The position numbers and the translations under genes were made by a program. Of a DNA stretch of 64,000 nt, positions 52,902 to 64,000 are shown piece by piece (the stretch's first letter is position 1; the number at the start of each line of letters is the position of its first letter). This DNA comes from Octopus sinensis (Eukaryota): NCBI RefSeq assembly GCF_006345805.1, contig NC_043009.1:31496001-31560000 (forward strand), read 5' to 3'. Below the pieces are notes generated by a model. It had not been told where the DNA came from, did not search any database, and saw only the letters and a list, made by a program, of their open reading frames with translations.

Positions 52902-53442
52902 CATATACATAAATATGCCTGTATTTATGCAGATATGTAAATAGGAACAAAGTCCAGCAATCAATTTAGCTTTTAACCCAGATTCTTGTTGTTCTTAAGT
53001 TAATGGAACTACTAAGAATGAGACTTGATTTTTTTTGCAATGGAAATCTCTCGTTCATGAAATTTATGGAAAAATGCAAGAATATTTGGCTAAAATATTA
53101 TTTTCTAAAATCAACCAGAATAACTAATGGAAAAATATTGAACTGTAAAAGTACAACAGAGATACGTTTGCAAATGTTTATGCTAAAATGTACTTTAATC
53201 TAGGTCAGCAGTAATTTTTGTTGAGTCTCAATGGAATGAATTTTCCTGTGCACCAACCATATGTTTGTGCTTGTTGAAACCCCTAGCAGAATCTTTGGTC
53301 ATATGGGAACATGTTGGTGATATTTGTGATCAATTGTTTGGATAAATAAATTGGAAATATAAAAAATACAATAACATATAAAAGGAACATTATTTACATC
53401 ATTTACATTTGATGGATATTTGTCCTCATCTTGTTTGTTGTT

Positions 53443-53488
53443 AATACAACATTTCGGCTGATTTACCCTCCAGCCTTAATCAGGTGTC
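53443..53488 (-). ncRNA. Hammerhead motif, damaged copy
   Basis: GACAC CTGATTA A GGCTG gagggtaaat CAGCC GAAAT GTT GTATT; G8 is mutated and the GTT triplet is retained. Confidence 0.6.
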
Positions 53489-53651
53489 TTGGGGAAATTT
53501 TGAACCTCCGTTCTCATTCTTAAGGTATTTTTTAATGTTATTATTATTATTCAGGTCACTGCCTGGAATTGAACTCAGAATCTTGGGTTTAGTAGCCAAT
53601 GCTCTTAACGATTATGCCATATGCCCATGGGCATAATGATATTAATAATAA

Positions 53652-53879
53652 GGGTGGCAAATTGGCAGAAATGCTAGCATGCCAGGTGAAATGCTTAATG
53701 GTATTTCGTTTGTCTTTATGTTCTGAGTTCAAATTCCGCAGAGGTCGACTTTGCCTTTCATCCTTGCGGACTCGATAAATTAAGTACCAGTTATGCACTG
53801 GGATCGATGTAATCGACTTAATTCCTTTGTCTGTCCTTGTTTGTCCCCTCTATGTTTAGCCCCTTGTAGGCAATAAAGA

Positions 53880-53883
<4 letters not shown>
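53652..53883 (+). mobile_element. Full-length family-B SINE inserted in the (TAA)n spacer
   Basis: Collinear with 1740-1971. Confidence 0.9.
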
Positions 53884-53910
<27 letters not shown>

Positions 53911-53956
53911 TCAAAAAATACCTTAGGAATGAGATTGAGGTTTGAAATTTCCCCAA

Positions 53957-53994
53957 GACACCTGATGAAGGCTGTAGGGTAGATCAGCCGAAAC
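53957..53994 (+). ncRNA. Hammerhead motif: intact core, 3' strand deleted
   Basis: GACAC CTGATGA A GGCTG tagggtagat CAGCC GAAAC; the GTTGTGTT segment is missing. Confidence 0.65.
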
Positions 53995-54036
53995 AAGAAA
54001 CAAGTTGAAGACAAATATCCGTCAAATGTAAATAAT

Positions 54037-55088
54037 TTAAATAACTAGCATTAAAGACCCGTCGTTGCCGGGTCATAGTGCTAGTGCATGTATATATGTG
54101 TATATATATGTGTACATATTACATGTACATCCATATATATACATCTACACATAAAATACAAAATACAAAGTTATATCTTGATATTGTTAGTGATAACAAT
54201 ACTCAAAATATATAACAGAGTGGAATTGTTAGCCCGTCTCTTCTAATTTCAATCAATTGACAACTGTCCTCCCTCTTGTATAGAAGTGTGGCTACAATCC
54301 AGCCTACCTCTACTTCTGGCGGGGGAGGGGCATTTTTAATTTTTTTCTGGGACATCCTACGTCCAAGATATAAAGGTAAAAATAAAATATTTCCACTTTG
54401 CAAGTTCGAGTTGAGTACTCCCTTGCACGCTCCGTTGACTCGAACCTTGCTTCTATTGTGGCGAATTTACCGCCTCTGATTAGATATCTTTCATAGTCGC
54501 ACCAAGACACTTTTCAAAGGTGCTTTCCTCCATGTGTTCAAATCTTCTTTTTTCTCTACATTGTATACTTTATAGACAATAGTCTTTTCTTTAATTTAAT
54601 TTTTTATTATCCATCTTGACTATTCCATTTCTGCACGCTAATTTTATTTTTAATTTATTCTCATTCATGTGAAACCACTTATTCAAGTTCAAGTCATTGA
54701 TGCAATTTTATACAAATTGCTATTTTTACTTTTGTTATGTTACGATGATATTATACTTTAGTTTGATTTTAATTATTACTTACTACATATAACTCAATTG
54801 TTATTATTATTTTTATTGTTAAAGTGAAAGTATCTGACATAAAATAGAGAAACGTTTTTGTTTCACTTTTAACACGTAATACTGAAATAGTGGAGAAGAT
54901 ATGATATTGCTATGGGCTCGCTCTAGGCAAGAAGTTGAACATTTTTTTTGCCCATGAAACTACATGGACCCTAAGTAAGGCATGTGTAAAATTTGAATGA
55001 AATTGGTTGTGTAGTTCTCAAGTTTTAGGGAAACACACACACAGACAGACAGACAGACACACATTCTCAGTTTTATATATATATAGAT
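54037..55088 (+). mobile_element. Helentron/HINE (DINE-1/Lep1-like) non-autonomous element
   Basis: 5' hairpin ACTAGCA..GACCCG-loop-CGGGTC..TGCTAGT (54044-54085), a 3' (ACAG)n tract and the end TTTTATATATATATATAGAT. No TSD. It splits the host sequence AATAAT|GCACACAATTCC. The classification is by analogy. Confidence 0.7.
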
Positions 55089-55289
55089 GCACACAATTCC
55101 TCATCTCTTAAATACAGAACTGTAGAATATAAAAGGAAATTGGATAAATTCCTAATTAGTCAATCAAATTAATCAACCATTACAAGGGAAGGTTAGTTGC
55201 TACAGACTCAATTATTGATCAACTGAGACTGAATGTAAATCCATTAAGATTGAATGTAAACTTGAAGACATTGTCTTCGTACACAGCAC

Positions 55290-55678
55290 AAGTTGTTTGA
55301 CCTTAACCAGTTGAGCATGTCCCTTAGTGGCTGACGATATGTGCATCCCTGATCACGAGCAGAAGTAGTGGGGGAGCATCATAGCCGTGTGTTGAGAGGG
55401 ATTCTTTGGGGTTTGAATAATTCACCTCTGGAAACATGGGTGTTTCGTTCAACATCCTTAAACAACCCTTATTCAGGGACCATTTGAGTGGGATGGGTTA
55501 CTCAACCTGAAGAAAATTCTAACTGGGCCCCACCTGCAAGGCCATGTGTGGTTATCTAGATATGAGATCACCATGTCGCACACATATGGTTGTGATGCAT
55601 GTGCCTTGTGTACCTTATCAGACGGGTAGTCATGATGGGTATACTGGGCTTTGCATATTTTATATACTGGGCTTTGCA
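55290..55678. mobile_element. Unclassified repeat ending in (TAA)n, longer copy of 11578-11815
   Basis: Shared segment as noted for 11578-11815; followed by (TAA)n at 55679-55742. Confidence 0.7.
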
Positions 55679-55689
55679 TAATAATAATA

Positions 55690-55741
<52 letters not shown>

Positions 55742-55742
<1 letters not shown>

Positions 55743-55950
55743 TTTCTAGAATAGGTACAATGCCTGAAATTTGGGGTGAGTGGGCTAGTTCATTACATCA
55801 ACCCCAGTGTGCATCTGGTACCTACTTTCTCGACCTGAAAAGATGAATGGCAGTACTGACCTCTGCAGGATTTGAACTCAAAATATAAAAAGTTGAACAA
55901 AATACCGCAAAACATTTTCCCCAATACTCTAATGTGTCTGCCTCCTTGCT
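55742..55950 (-). mobile_element. Old family-B SINE inside (TAA)n
   Basis: CTGGTACCTACTTTCTCGACCTGAAAAGATGAATGGCAG...GGATTTGAACTC. Confidence 0.7.
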
Positions 55951-55956
55951 ACTTTC

Positions 55957-56037
<81 letters not shown>

Positions 56038-56903
56038 TTGATGACGATGTCAATGAAGTCGACAACAACAACAAAGATGCTGAAACAAAAACCCAAGTCA
56101 AAATGAAGAACTTGTATATTACAAAGCAGACTGCATATTAAATGCAAGCATAGAATTTTTGCTTCTGTGGCTGCAACTCTGTCTCTGGAATGGTGTAAAT
56201 TATCAAGATTTTTCATAGCTGTTCCAAGTATTATGACAACCACAACTAATGTTAATGGAAAATGTAATGATTTGCAATATGTTTCAGCAAGTTTAATGTG
56301 TTGTTTGCATGGAAGCCAGTTTAATACAATTGTATATGTTAAAGCATTATAGCTACCTCTTAGCTTCCGATTTAAATATTTTTTTCTATATGTAGCATCT
56401 CTTGCAGAGTGCCAAATTTACCAGTATCTAATCCTTTCTCCACCTCCAAGTGATAAATTTTCCGAGTTCATGGTAAAAGAGTGGGGTTTTGGGTGGGGGG
56501 AAGAATTCTAGAATTTAGAAAAAAAGAAATCTGGGTTAAAAGCTAAAATCCTGAAGCAATCATGGCTCTGAATGTTGAACTGTTTAAAAATAATACAAGG
56601 CAAAAGAGAAATGGGAAAAAGAACAGGCATTATGGTAACAACCAAAGTTTAGAGGAAAGATGATATGATGGGCATTTTTGGCAAATGAGGAAGATGCAGC
56701 AGGTGAAGAATGCTTTGTGTCGTCAATAATGGCAACATGAGAAGGAAGGTTGTGAATAAGGTGATGTAGTCGTTGGTGGTGTTGTCTTGCACCCAGGTCA
56801 GTCCTTATAGAGTAGGCCAATAACAAACAGTGGGTTGAGGCCTGATCCACAAAGTCTTCTTCCTACTTACATTATGTTTGCATCTAGGCGAGGGACCACC
56901 CTC

Positions 56904-57168
56904 TATTTCTTTATTGCCCATGAGGGGCTGAACACAGAGGGGACAAACAAGGACAGACAAAGGGATTAAGTCGATTATATCGACCCCAGTGCGTAACTGG
57001 TACTTAATTTATCGACCCCGAAAGGATGAAAGGCAAAGTCGACCTCGGCGGAATTTGAACTCAGAACGTAGCGGCAGATGAAATACCACTAAGCATTTCG
57101 CCTGGCATGCTAGCGATTCTGCCAGCTCGCCGCCTTCTGACCCCTTATTTCTTTATTGCCCACATAGT
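56904..57168 (-). mobile_element. Full-length family-B SINE plus an extra 3'-end fragment inside one 15-bp TSD
   Basis: TSD CGAGGGACCACCCTC at 56889-56903 and 57169-57183. Full copy at 56904-57136; repeat of its 3' end at 57145-57164. Confidence 0.92.
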
Positions 57169-58329
57169 CGAGGGACCACCCTCGTCACACCTGTATGAAA
57201 CCGGGCTCACAGAGCCGTTTCCACAGTTTGATTTATTCCTGGATATTGCTAGATTCCATGGGTGGGGGAGGAGAGCATAGCAGAGACAGACAAAGGGGAC
57301 ACATAGTCTGAGCATGACAGTTGTTAGTCGTCACTTCTTCAGTGATACACAACCATGTACAATGTTTGAGGTTAACGAAGTTATTAATGAAGCCACTATT
57401 TCTGTGTCTACTGGTGGATGTGGTGATGGTGGTGGTGGTGGTGATGATACCATGTCATGTATCCTTAATGATGAGAGAGATTATTTTAAGGATTTTGTCA
57501 TAGTATTACACATATGTATCATGGTTGCTGGGTTGGAGTTTGCATGGAGTAAACAGGAATTGCAGAAGCCCCTAATTGACCCCTTAACTTGCAAGTAATT
57601 ACAGCCAGATCTTCCTCAAATACCATCTTACCATTTTCAACATTGTTAAATATTCCAGATAAAATTATACCAAATGTACTCTACCAGGAAAGAAGATACG
57701 ATGATCCCACCTAAAATGTCAGTTGAAGGGGAAGAAGGAACAGTAAGGTTGGGTGATGCAGGTTGATGTTGGGCCTTCCTCATGTGGTGATATAGCACCT
57801 CAGTAAATGGCAATACTCTAATGTGCTACAGCATGGCATATGTAGTGGTTTCCCACTGCAAATTTGGTCCATAAACAAAGCACACACACTATAGGTAGAG
57901 TAATATGCTCTATTATATAAGCTGCAAAAACATCACAAAAATTTGCTACTCAGAGTTTCACATTTTCATTCATTGGTCAGTTGTGATCCTGCATGATGAA
58001 AGGAAACATGAATTTCCGAGTAGCAGTTTTTTGTGATATTTTTGTGATGTTTTTGCAGATTTAATAATAAAGCACACACACACACACACACACACCACAC
58101 ACACACGAATACGCATGATAGCACAAGTAGTATCTATGATTTTGAAGATGCATGCTATAAAAGTCCATATATGATAAACAGGGAAGGGTTTGTTACACGA
58201 AGGGCATCCAGCTATAAAACAATGCCTGGGAAATAACACCTTATGTAATTCATGCTAACATGAAGAAAAAAAAAACAGGCATAAAAACAAAGGAATAAGA
58301 ATAGTATTTTGGGGTCTACTATATTTAAG

Positions 58330-58690
58330 GCTGTGTGGTATGAAGATTCTTTACAAGATGGTTCCAGGTTCAGTCCCACTTTGTGACACCATGGGCAAGT
58401 GTCTTTTATTATAGCTTCAGATAGACCAAAGACTTCTGAGTGGATTTCGTGGATGGAAACTGAAAGAAGCCTTTGCCCTTCACCACCACTTGGTAGCTGG
58501 TGTTAGTATGTTTTTGTCCCTGTAACTTAGTGGTTTGGCAATAGAAACCAAGAGAGTATGCAGCATGTTTAAACAAGAAAATAAGCCCTGGGGTTGATTC
58601 ATTTGGCTAAAAATTCTTCAAGATGCTGCCCCAGCTTGGCCACAGTCTAATCACTGAAACACGTAAAAGATAAACAATAAAAGATCTAAT
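58330..58690 (+). mobile_element. Degenerate family-A SINE
   Basis: GGCTGTGTGGTATGAAG...GGTTCAGTCCCAC...GGGCAAGTGTC...CACTGAAACACGTAAAAGA. Confidence 0.8.
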
Positions 58691-58946
58691 GCAGTCTTCT
58701 TTTTTTTAAACCAGACGGATGTGATAAACTGCAAACATAGCTGTTGTTTCTAGCAGGTTCAGTGATTGCCTGGACCCTTCCCTACTGATTCATATTAGCT
58801 GTTAATGAATTTGCTGAGAGGTGGGGGTTGGCAGGAATGATTTTTTATTTATTTATTTAATATTCAAGTTGATATAATGGATCTGGTTTGTGTTGTCGAC
58901 ATATCTGATATTGATCTGTTTAAGTTGCTGAAAAAATATTGATATA

Positions 58947-59115
58947 GGCGCAGGAGTGGCTGTGTGGTAAATAGCTTGACTAACAACCACATGGTTCCGG
59001 GTTCAGTCCAACTGCGTTGGCATCTTGGGCAAGTGTCTTCTGCTATACCCGGGCCGACCAATGCCTTGTGAGTGGATTTGGTAGACGGAAACTGAAAGAA
59101 GCCTGTCGTATATAT

Positions 59116-59148
<33 letters not shown>

Positions 59149-59370
59149 GTTTGTTGTGTCTGTGTTTGTCCCCCTAGCATTGCTTGACAACCGATGATGG
59201 TGTTTGTTTACGTGGCCCCGTCACTTAGCGGTCGGCAAAAGAGACTGATAGAATAAAGTACTGGGCTACAAAGAATAAGTCCCGGGGTCGATTTGCTCGA
59301 CTAAAGGCGGTGTCTCCAGCATGGCCGCAGTCAAATGACTGAAACAAGTAAAAGAGAAAGAGGAAGAGAG
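58947..59370 (+). mobile_element. Full-length, well-conserved family-A SINE
   Basis: Near-collinear reverse complement of 495-906. Confidence 0.92.
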
Positions 59371-59825
59371 TATCTCTGGGTTTAATTTTTAACTTATGAT
59401 GATGTTAGGCATGTGTGTGTGTCTGTGTGTGTGTTTGTGTGTGTGTGTGCGTATATACAAGCATATATAAATACACATCCTCATCCCCTTCGTCATCAGC
59501 ATTGTCATATATATATGTGTGTATACATATATATATGTGTATATGTAAATATATATATATATATGCATGTATGTATAAATATATATGTATATATATATAT
59601 ACATAAACATATACGTATATATATATATATGTATATGTAATACATATAATATATATTTATATTATATATATATGTATATGTAAATTTACATATATATATA
59701 TATTATTATATATTATATAGATGTATATGTATATTTAAATAATATATATGTAATGTAAATATATATATATATATACATTGTACATATACACACATATACA
59801 TATTCGTATATACACACATGCTCAA

Positions 59826-59867
<42 letters not shown>

Positions 59868-60216
59868 TAGCACATGTATTTAGAAATGTCTGTATGTGTA
59901 TATGTATATAGGAATACACTCCTAAATGTATAAAGGGGGAGAAGCAGAAAGAAAAGAAGAAATTAATAGAGAAAGAAGAAAAGAAAGAGAAGAAAAAAGG
60001 GAGGGGGGCTTTTAATGGATAAAATTTAAAATTATTCCATATTTTTTCTGAAACTAACAGAATTTTTTAAGAAAGGAGATTCTATGGTAACTACTACTAC
60101 TACTAATACTGCTACTAGTACACCATAAGTATCAATTCATTTTCCATCATCATAAAGATCACCATCAGCACCACTATCTAAGTTTCTTAATCATTCTCCG
60201 CCAGTGCCACCACCAC

Positions 60217-60249
<33 letters not shown>

Positions 60250-60379
60250 AATCACTGTCATCATGTTCAGCATCATCGTCAGCATCTTCATCATCATCAC
60301 CATCAACATCATCTTAATTGGCATTATTTACCCACCACCACAACCTTCACCTGTATCATCAGGTGTATTAATGGTAACT

Positions 60380-60763
60380 GTGGAGGCGCAATGGCCCAGT
60401 GGTTAGGGCAGCGGACTCGCGGTCATAGGATCGCGGTTTCGATTCCCAGACCGGGCGTTGTAAGTGTTTACTGAGCGAAAACACCTAAAGCTCCACGAGG
60501 CTCTGGCAGGGGATGGTGGTGATCCCTGCTGTACTCTTTCACCACAACTTTCTCTCACTCTTACTTCCTGTTTCTGTTGTACCTGTATTTCAAAGGGCCG
60601 GCCTTGTCACTCTCTGTGTCACGCTGAATATCCCCGAGAACTACGTTAAGGGTACATGTGTCTGTGGAGTGCTCAGCCACTTACACGTTAATTTCACGAG
60701 CAGGCTGTTCCGTTGATTCGGATCAACCAGAACCCTCATCGTCGTAACCAATGGAGTGCTTCC
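60380..60763 (+). mobile_element. Young full-length tRNA-derived SINE, family C, 13-bp TSD
   Basis: Head GGAGGCGCAATGGCCCAGTGGTTAGGGCAGCGGACTCGCGGTCATAGGATCGCGGTTTCGATTCCC. TSD ATTAATGGTAACT at 60367-60379 and 60764-60776. Confidence 0.9.
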
Positions 60764-60929
60764 ATTAATGGTAACTAAATATCCTTCACATCCTACCATG
60801 TTACAGTACTGAACAGGACATGAGATAATATCTTATATAATAAGTTAAAATATATAAGTTAAAATATGTAATAAGTTAAAATAAGCTAAAACTAGTTTGG
60901 TCCTAGACCCTCACTGTACCAAGACACTA

Positions 60930-61110
60930 GATTTGCTGAAAATAGCAGCCAAAACCTCCTTTAAATCAGATCCTACATAAATTCTTAAAAACAGGACAGA
61001 TTGGACAATGTTTGCCTAAATATACAAGGAGACAGTTTGCATGGAGCTAGCGACATTTTGATCATTGGTCTGCTCGATCAGGGCTGACCGAGGGTTAAAC
61101 AACAACAACA
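60930..61110 (+). mobile_element. Retroposon 3' fragment with (AAC)n tail
   Basis: ...GATCATTGGTCTGCTCGATCAGGGCTGACCGAGGGTTAAACAACAACAAC. A related older fragment is at about 57595-57720. Confidence 0.5.
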
Positions 61111-61435
61111 CCAGTACCAGCAGCCACAAGAACAACAACAGCTTGATCATTGACTTGGAGTGATTTGGAATGCATCAACAACAATAACACCAGCAGCAGC
61201 AGCAGCAACACTAATTCCAACAAGAACATCAGCATCAACATGAACTACTTTGGAATCCTGTGTGAAGTTGCTCAACCCACACAAAAGTATAGCTAAATCT
61301 TCCTCAAATACTACTTTAATGCAATAATAAGAGTAAATATAATAATACCAATTAAAGCAATATATAGATACAGGATAGACTAATAGTGCCACCACCACAA
61401 TCATCATCATCATCATCATCATTATCATAACCATT

Positions 61436-61470
<35 letters not shown>

Positions 61471-61479
61471 GTGTTAGTA

Positions 61480-61700
61480 TGCTGGCCAAAATGCTTAGCT
61501 GCATTTCATCCATCTTTACATTTTGGGTTCAATTTCCATCAAGGAAGACATGATGGTCATGGATGGAAAGTTAGTTAAGTTTGTCATTCATCCTTTTGGG
61601 ATTGATAAAATAAGTAGTGGCTGATTACTGGAGTCGATGTAATCAACTTATTCCCACCCCTGAAATTGCTGGCCTTGTGCCAAAATTGGAGACCAATATA
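61480..61700 (+). mobile_element. Old family-B SINE containing a 35-bp foreign insert
   Basis: Head and core are recognisable either side of 61545-61579. Confidence 0.7.
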
Positions 61701-62221
61701 ATTATGTATCTCTTTATATTTAACACACTCCTGTATGCAAAAACCCTGAAGACGCTCGCTGCAGACATAGTTTCTCCAAGACAAGAGTCTACAGGGGACA
61801 TTGTTTTTATACACAAAATCTGTAAGTAGATATTATCGTCTGAGACAAGAATACCAGGGTGAATGCTCTCCATACTCTAGAGTATAGGAATGTTAAATAT
61901 CAATAATGTGTACATCGATATTTTCATTGTCACTGGTTCATGCAACTGTTATGGATAAAATCAATGTGACATACAAGAAGACATGATGGTCATGGATGGA
62001 AAGTTAGTTAAGCAGTAAATACTCAACACATGAGGATACATCTCTCAGCATGTTTTAATAGCATCAGAAAATGGCAGGAGCTGTGCCTCTACATGTATCA
62101 GACGCTGAAACCCTTACAAGACTGTCTCAACAAAGTCTACAAAATTACTGACAAACAACAGGATTTGCAAATAGTTCAGAAAAACTACAATGACCTCAAT
62201 TATAACAACAACAGAAATAAT

Positions 62222-62434
62222 CTTTTCTAATGCAGGCACAAGGCCTGAAATTTGGGGGGAGGGAGCTATTCGATCACATCGACCCCAGTGTTTTACTGGT
62301 ATTTAATTTATCGACCCTGAAAGAATGAAAGGTAAAATCAACCTTGGCAGAATTTGAACTCAGAACATAGCGACTGGTGAAATACTACTAAGCATGTCAT
62401 CCAGTGCACTAGCAATTCTGCCAGCTTGCTGCGT
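62222..62434 (-). mobile_element. Family-B SINE (alternative tail), 19-bp TSD
   Basis: TSD TAACAACAACAGAAATAAT at 62203-62221 and 62435-62453. Confidence 0.9.
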
Positions 62435-63147
62435 TAACAACAACAGAAATAATACAAACAGGAAGTGGTATTGTTATCTTTATTCCTCAATGTCATAGAT
62501 TAGCAGAGAATATATTTCGAAATGAATGCTTCCCGTGGAATAAATGAAAAATGAAATGTTTGAAAGAATAATGCAAACATCTCTGAAGTACCGCAGTAAC
62601 GGTGTTAAAGACACCATTATATAACTAAATGATTTTATATTCATACAACATTCACATGGCAATAAAGCAGAAAACATTCTTTCAGTTTGAACATAAGACT
62701 TTGATAATTTCAAATTATCCTCAATTTATTCACAAGGGAGTTAGTCTGGTTCATATATATAAAAGCATACTTCCAATAAACAGATATCACAAATAACATT
62801 CATAAATCAATGGGAGATATTACTAAACTAGAACTGTAAGATTTCTTAATAAAAACCACCAATACAAAGCATATTTATTTAATAACTGATGTCACCAACC
62901 ATTTCATTGGATCACACAGCCCAAAAGAGATTTGAATGCACTGAACACATCTTGGTTTTCAAATAATACATATAATATAACAGGTGATACAATAACATCA
63001 CAACTAAACTCTCTTTACATCCTAAACAATCCACATCTGCAAAACTAACTTTTTACATCTCTTTCACACATTGCATTCTATTCCGCACACACAACTAACA
63101 CAGACCTGCTGGTAAGCAATTCCTTAACTTTTCTTGCATCACCTCAC

Positions 63148-63165
63148 CTTGTCAACACATTGGCA
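63148..63165 (-). other. Candidate 18-nt microexon, or the 3' end of a longer exon
   Basis: Minus strand gtgtgtttgcttttctccag|TGCCAATGTGTTGACAAG|gtgagg has a strong acceptor and donor. It reads CQCVDK (phase 0) or xANVLTx (phase 1). No transcript evidence. Confidence 0.25.
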
Positions 63166-64000
63166 CTGGAGAAAAGCAAACACACTTTTATCGACTTCGT
63201 AAAAGCACAAGGAAACGAATACCTTGAAGACACAGAATCAATGTTTTTTAAATTTTTTTAAAGATTCAATCAATGCAATCACCAACATAGATATTGCAAT
63301 ACAAACAAAGCACCAAAAGGAAACAAACAACCTGCTGAAGATGTCGAGAGTGATCGTTTGTTGCCACAACAAACTCTAATTCTCATAGTTGTCCTCGTTA
63401 CACGATGCACACACAGCATTCCAGAGCACTTATACAACAACAACAAACTCAAAATACTATTATTTTATTTTATTTTAAATTCATAACGATATGGGTTTCC
63501 ATTTTGAAAAGAAATACGTTCTTCTGATGTAAACCGTCTGATGTAAACCTGAATTCATTTTTATGTTTTGATTTCACCCAATTTTATCCATCAACATTAT
63601 CCCAGTTGCTAGGAATGGGTTTTAAGTGTTACATTAAATAAAAATTAGAAATCAATTTAGCTATTTCACTCCATATTTTAGCCATTTTATAGGGTTTTGT
63701 TTTAGAATTTCTTGTTACATTTTAAAATTTTCAACAAAAATATAAATCTAATCCTTTATTTATTCCAGCTGATTGACCAAATATTTTGCAATTATGCTAT
63801 CATTTCTCCAACCCATCTCTTGGGTGCAAATGGAAAGCTTTATCAACATCGCCTCCATTTGTAAAAATACAGCCATAGTTTTCTTGTCCTCCCTCCCACC
63901 AAAATTTCATTGATCTTACCCCATACTTTTACAGTTTGTTGATATTAAGAATATTGGTAGTGAGATAATTACTGCATTTATACATTAACTTTCCAATTAT

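Larger units (their letters stand above)
53387..55140. mobile_element. Head-to-head palindrome of the tRNA/hammerhead unit, locus 2, with two nested insertions
   Basis: Left arm 53387-53627 (minus). The centre TATGCCCA|TGGGCATA is a perfect palindrome. Right arm remnants at 53628-53650, 53884-54036 and 55089-55140. Confidence 0.88.

Overview
An AT-rich animal genomic window saturated with microsatellites and decayed transposons. The repeat style suggests a coleoid cephalopod, probably Octopus (inference). I cannot support any host protein-coding gene. Nearly all ORFs in the track are translations of (TA)n/(CA)n/trinucleotide repeats or of TE fragments, so this reads as a large intron or intergenic region. 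Contents: four mariner remnants; two Penelope-like (RT + GIY-YIG) remnants; several RTE-clade LINE 3' ends; one R4/Dong restriction-endonuclease fragment ending in (TAA)n; at least three tRNA-derived SINE families, several with 13-19 bp TSDs; and several MITEs (hAT-Charlie, TTAA-type, one carrying TTAGGG repeats, long-TIR foldbacks) plus a Helentron/HINE-like element. The most notable structure is a non-coding ~270-bp unit made of a tRNA-like Pol III head, a (TAA)n spacer and a minimal type-I hammerhead ribozyme motif. It occurs twice (37.3-37.8 kb and 53.4-55.1 kb), both times as a head-to-head palindrome. Each of the four ribozyme copies is individually damaged, but together they give an intact consensus. 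Further hammerhead-like motifs lie next to the Penelope remnants. All alignments and folds were done by eye; many boundaries are approximate.
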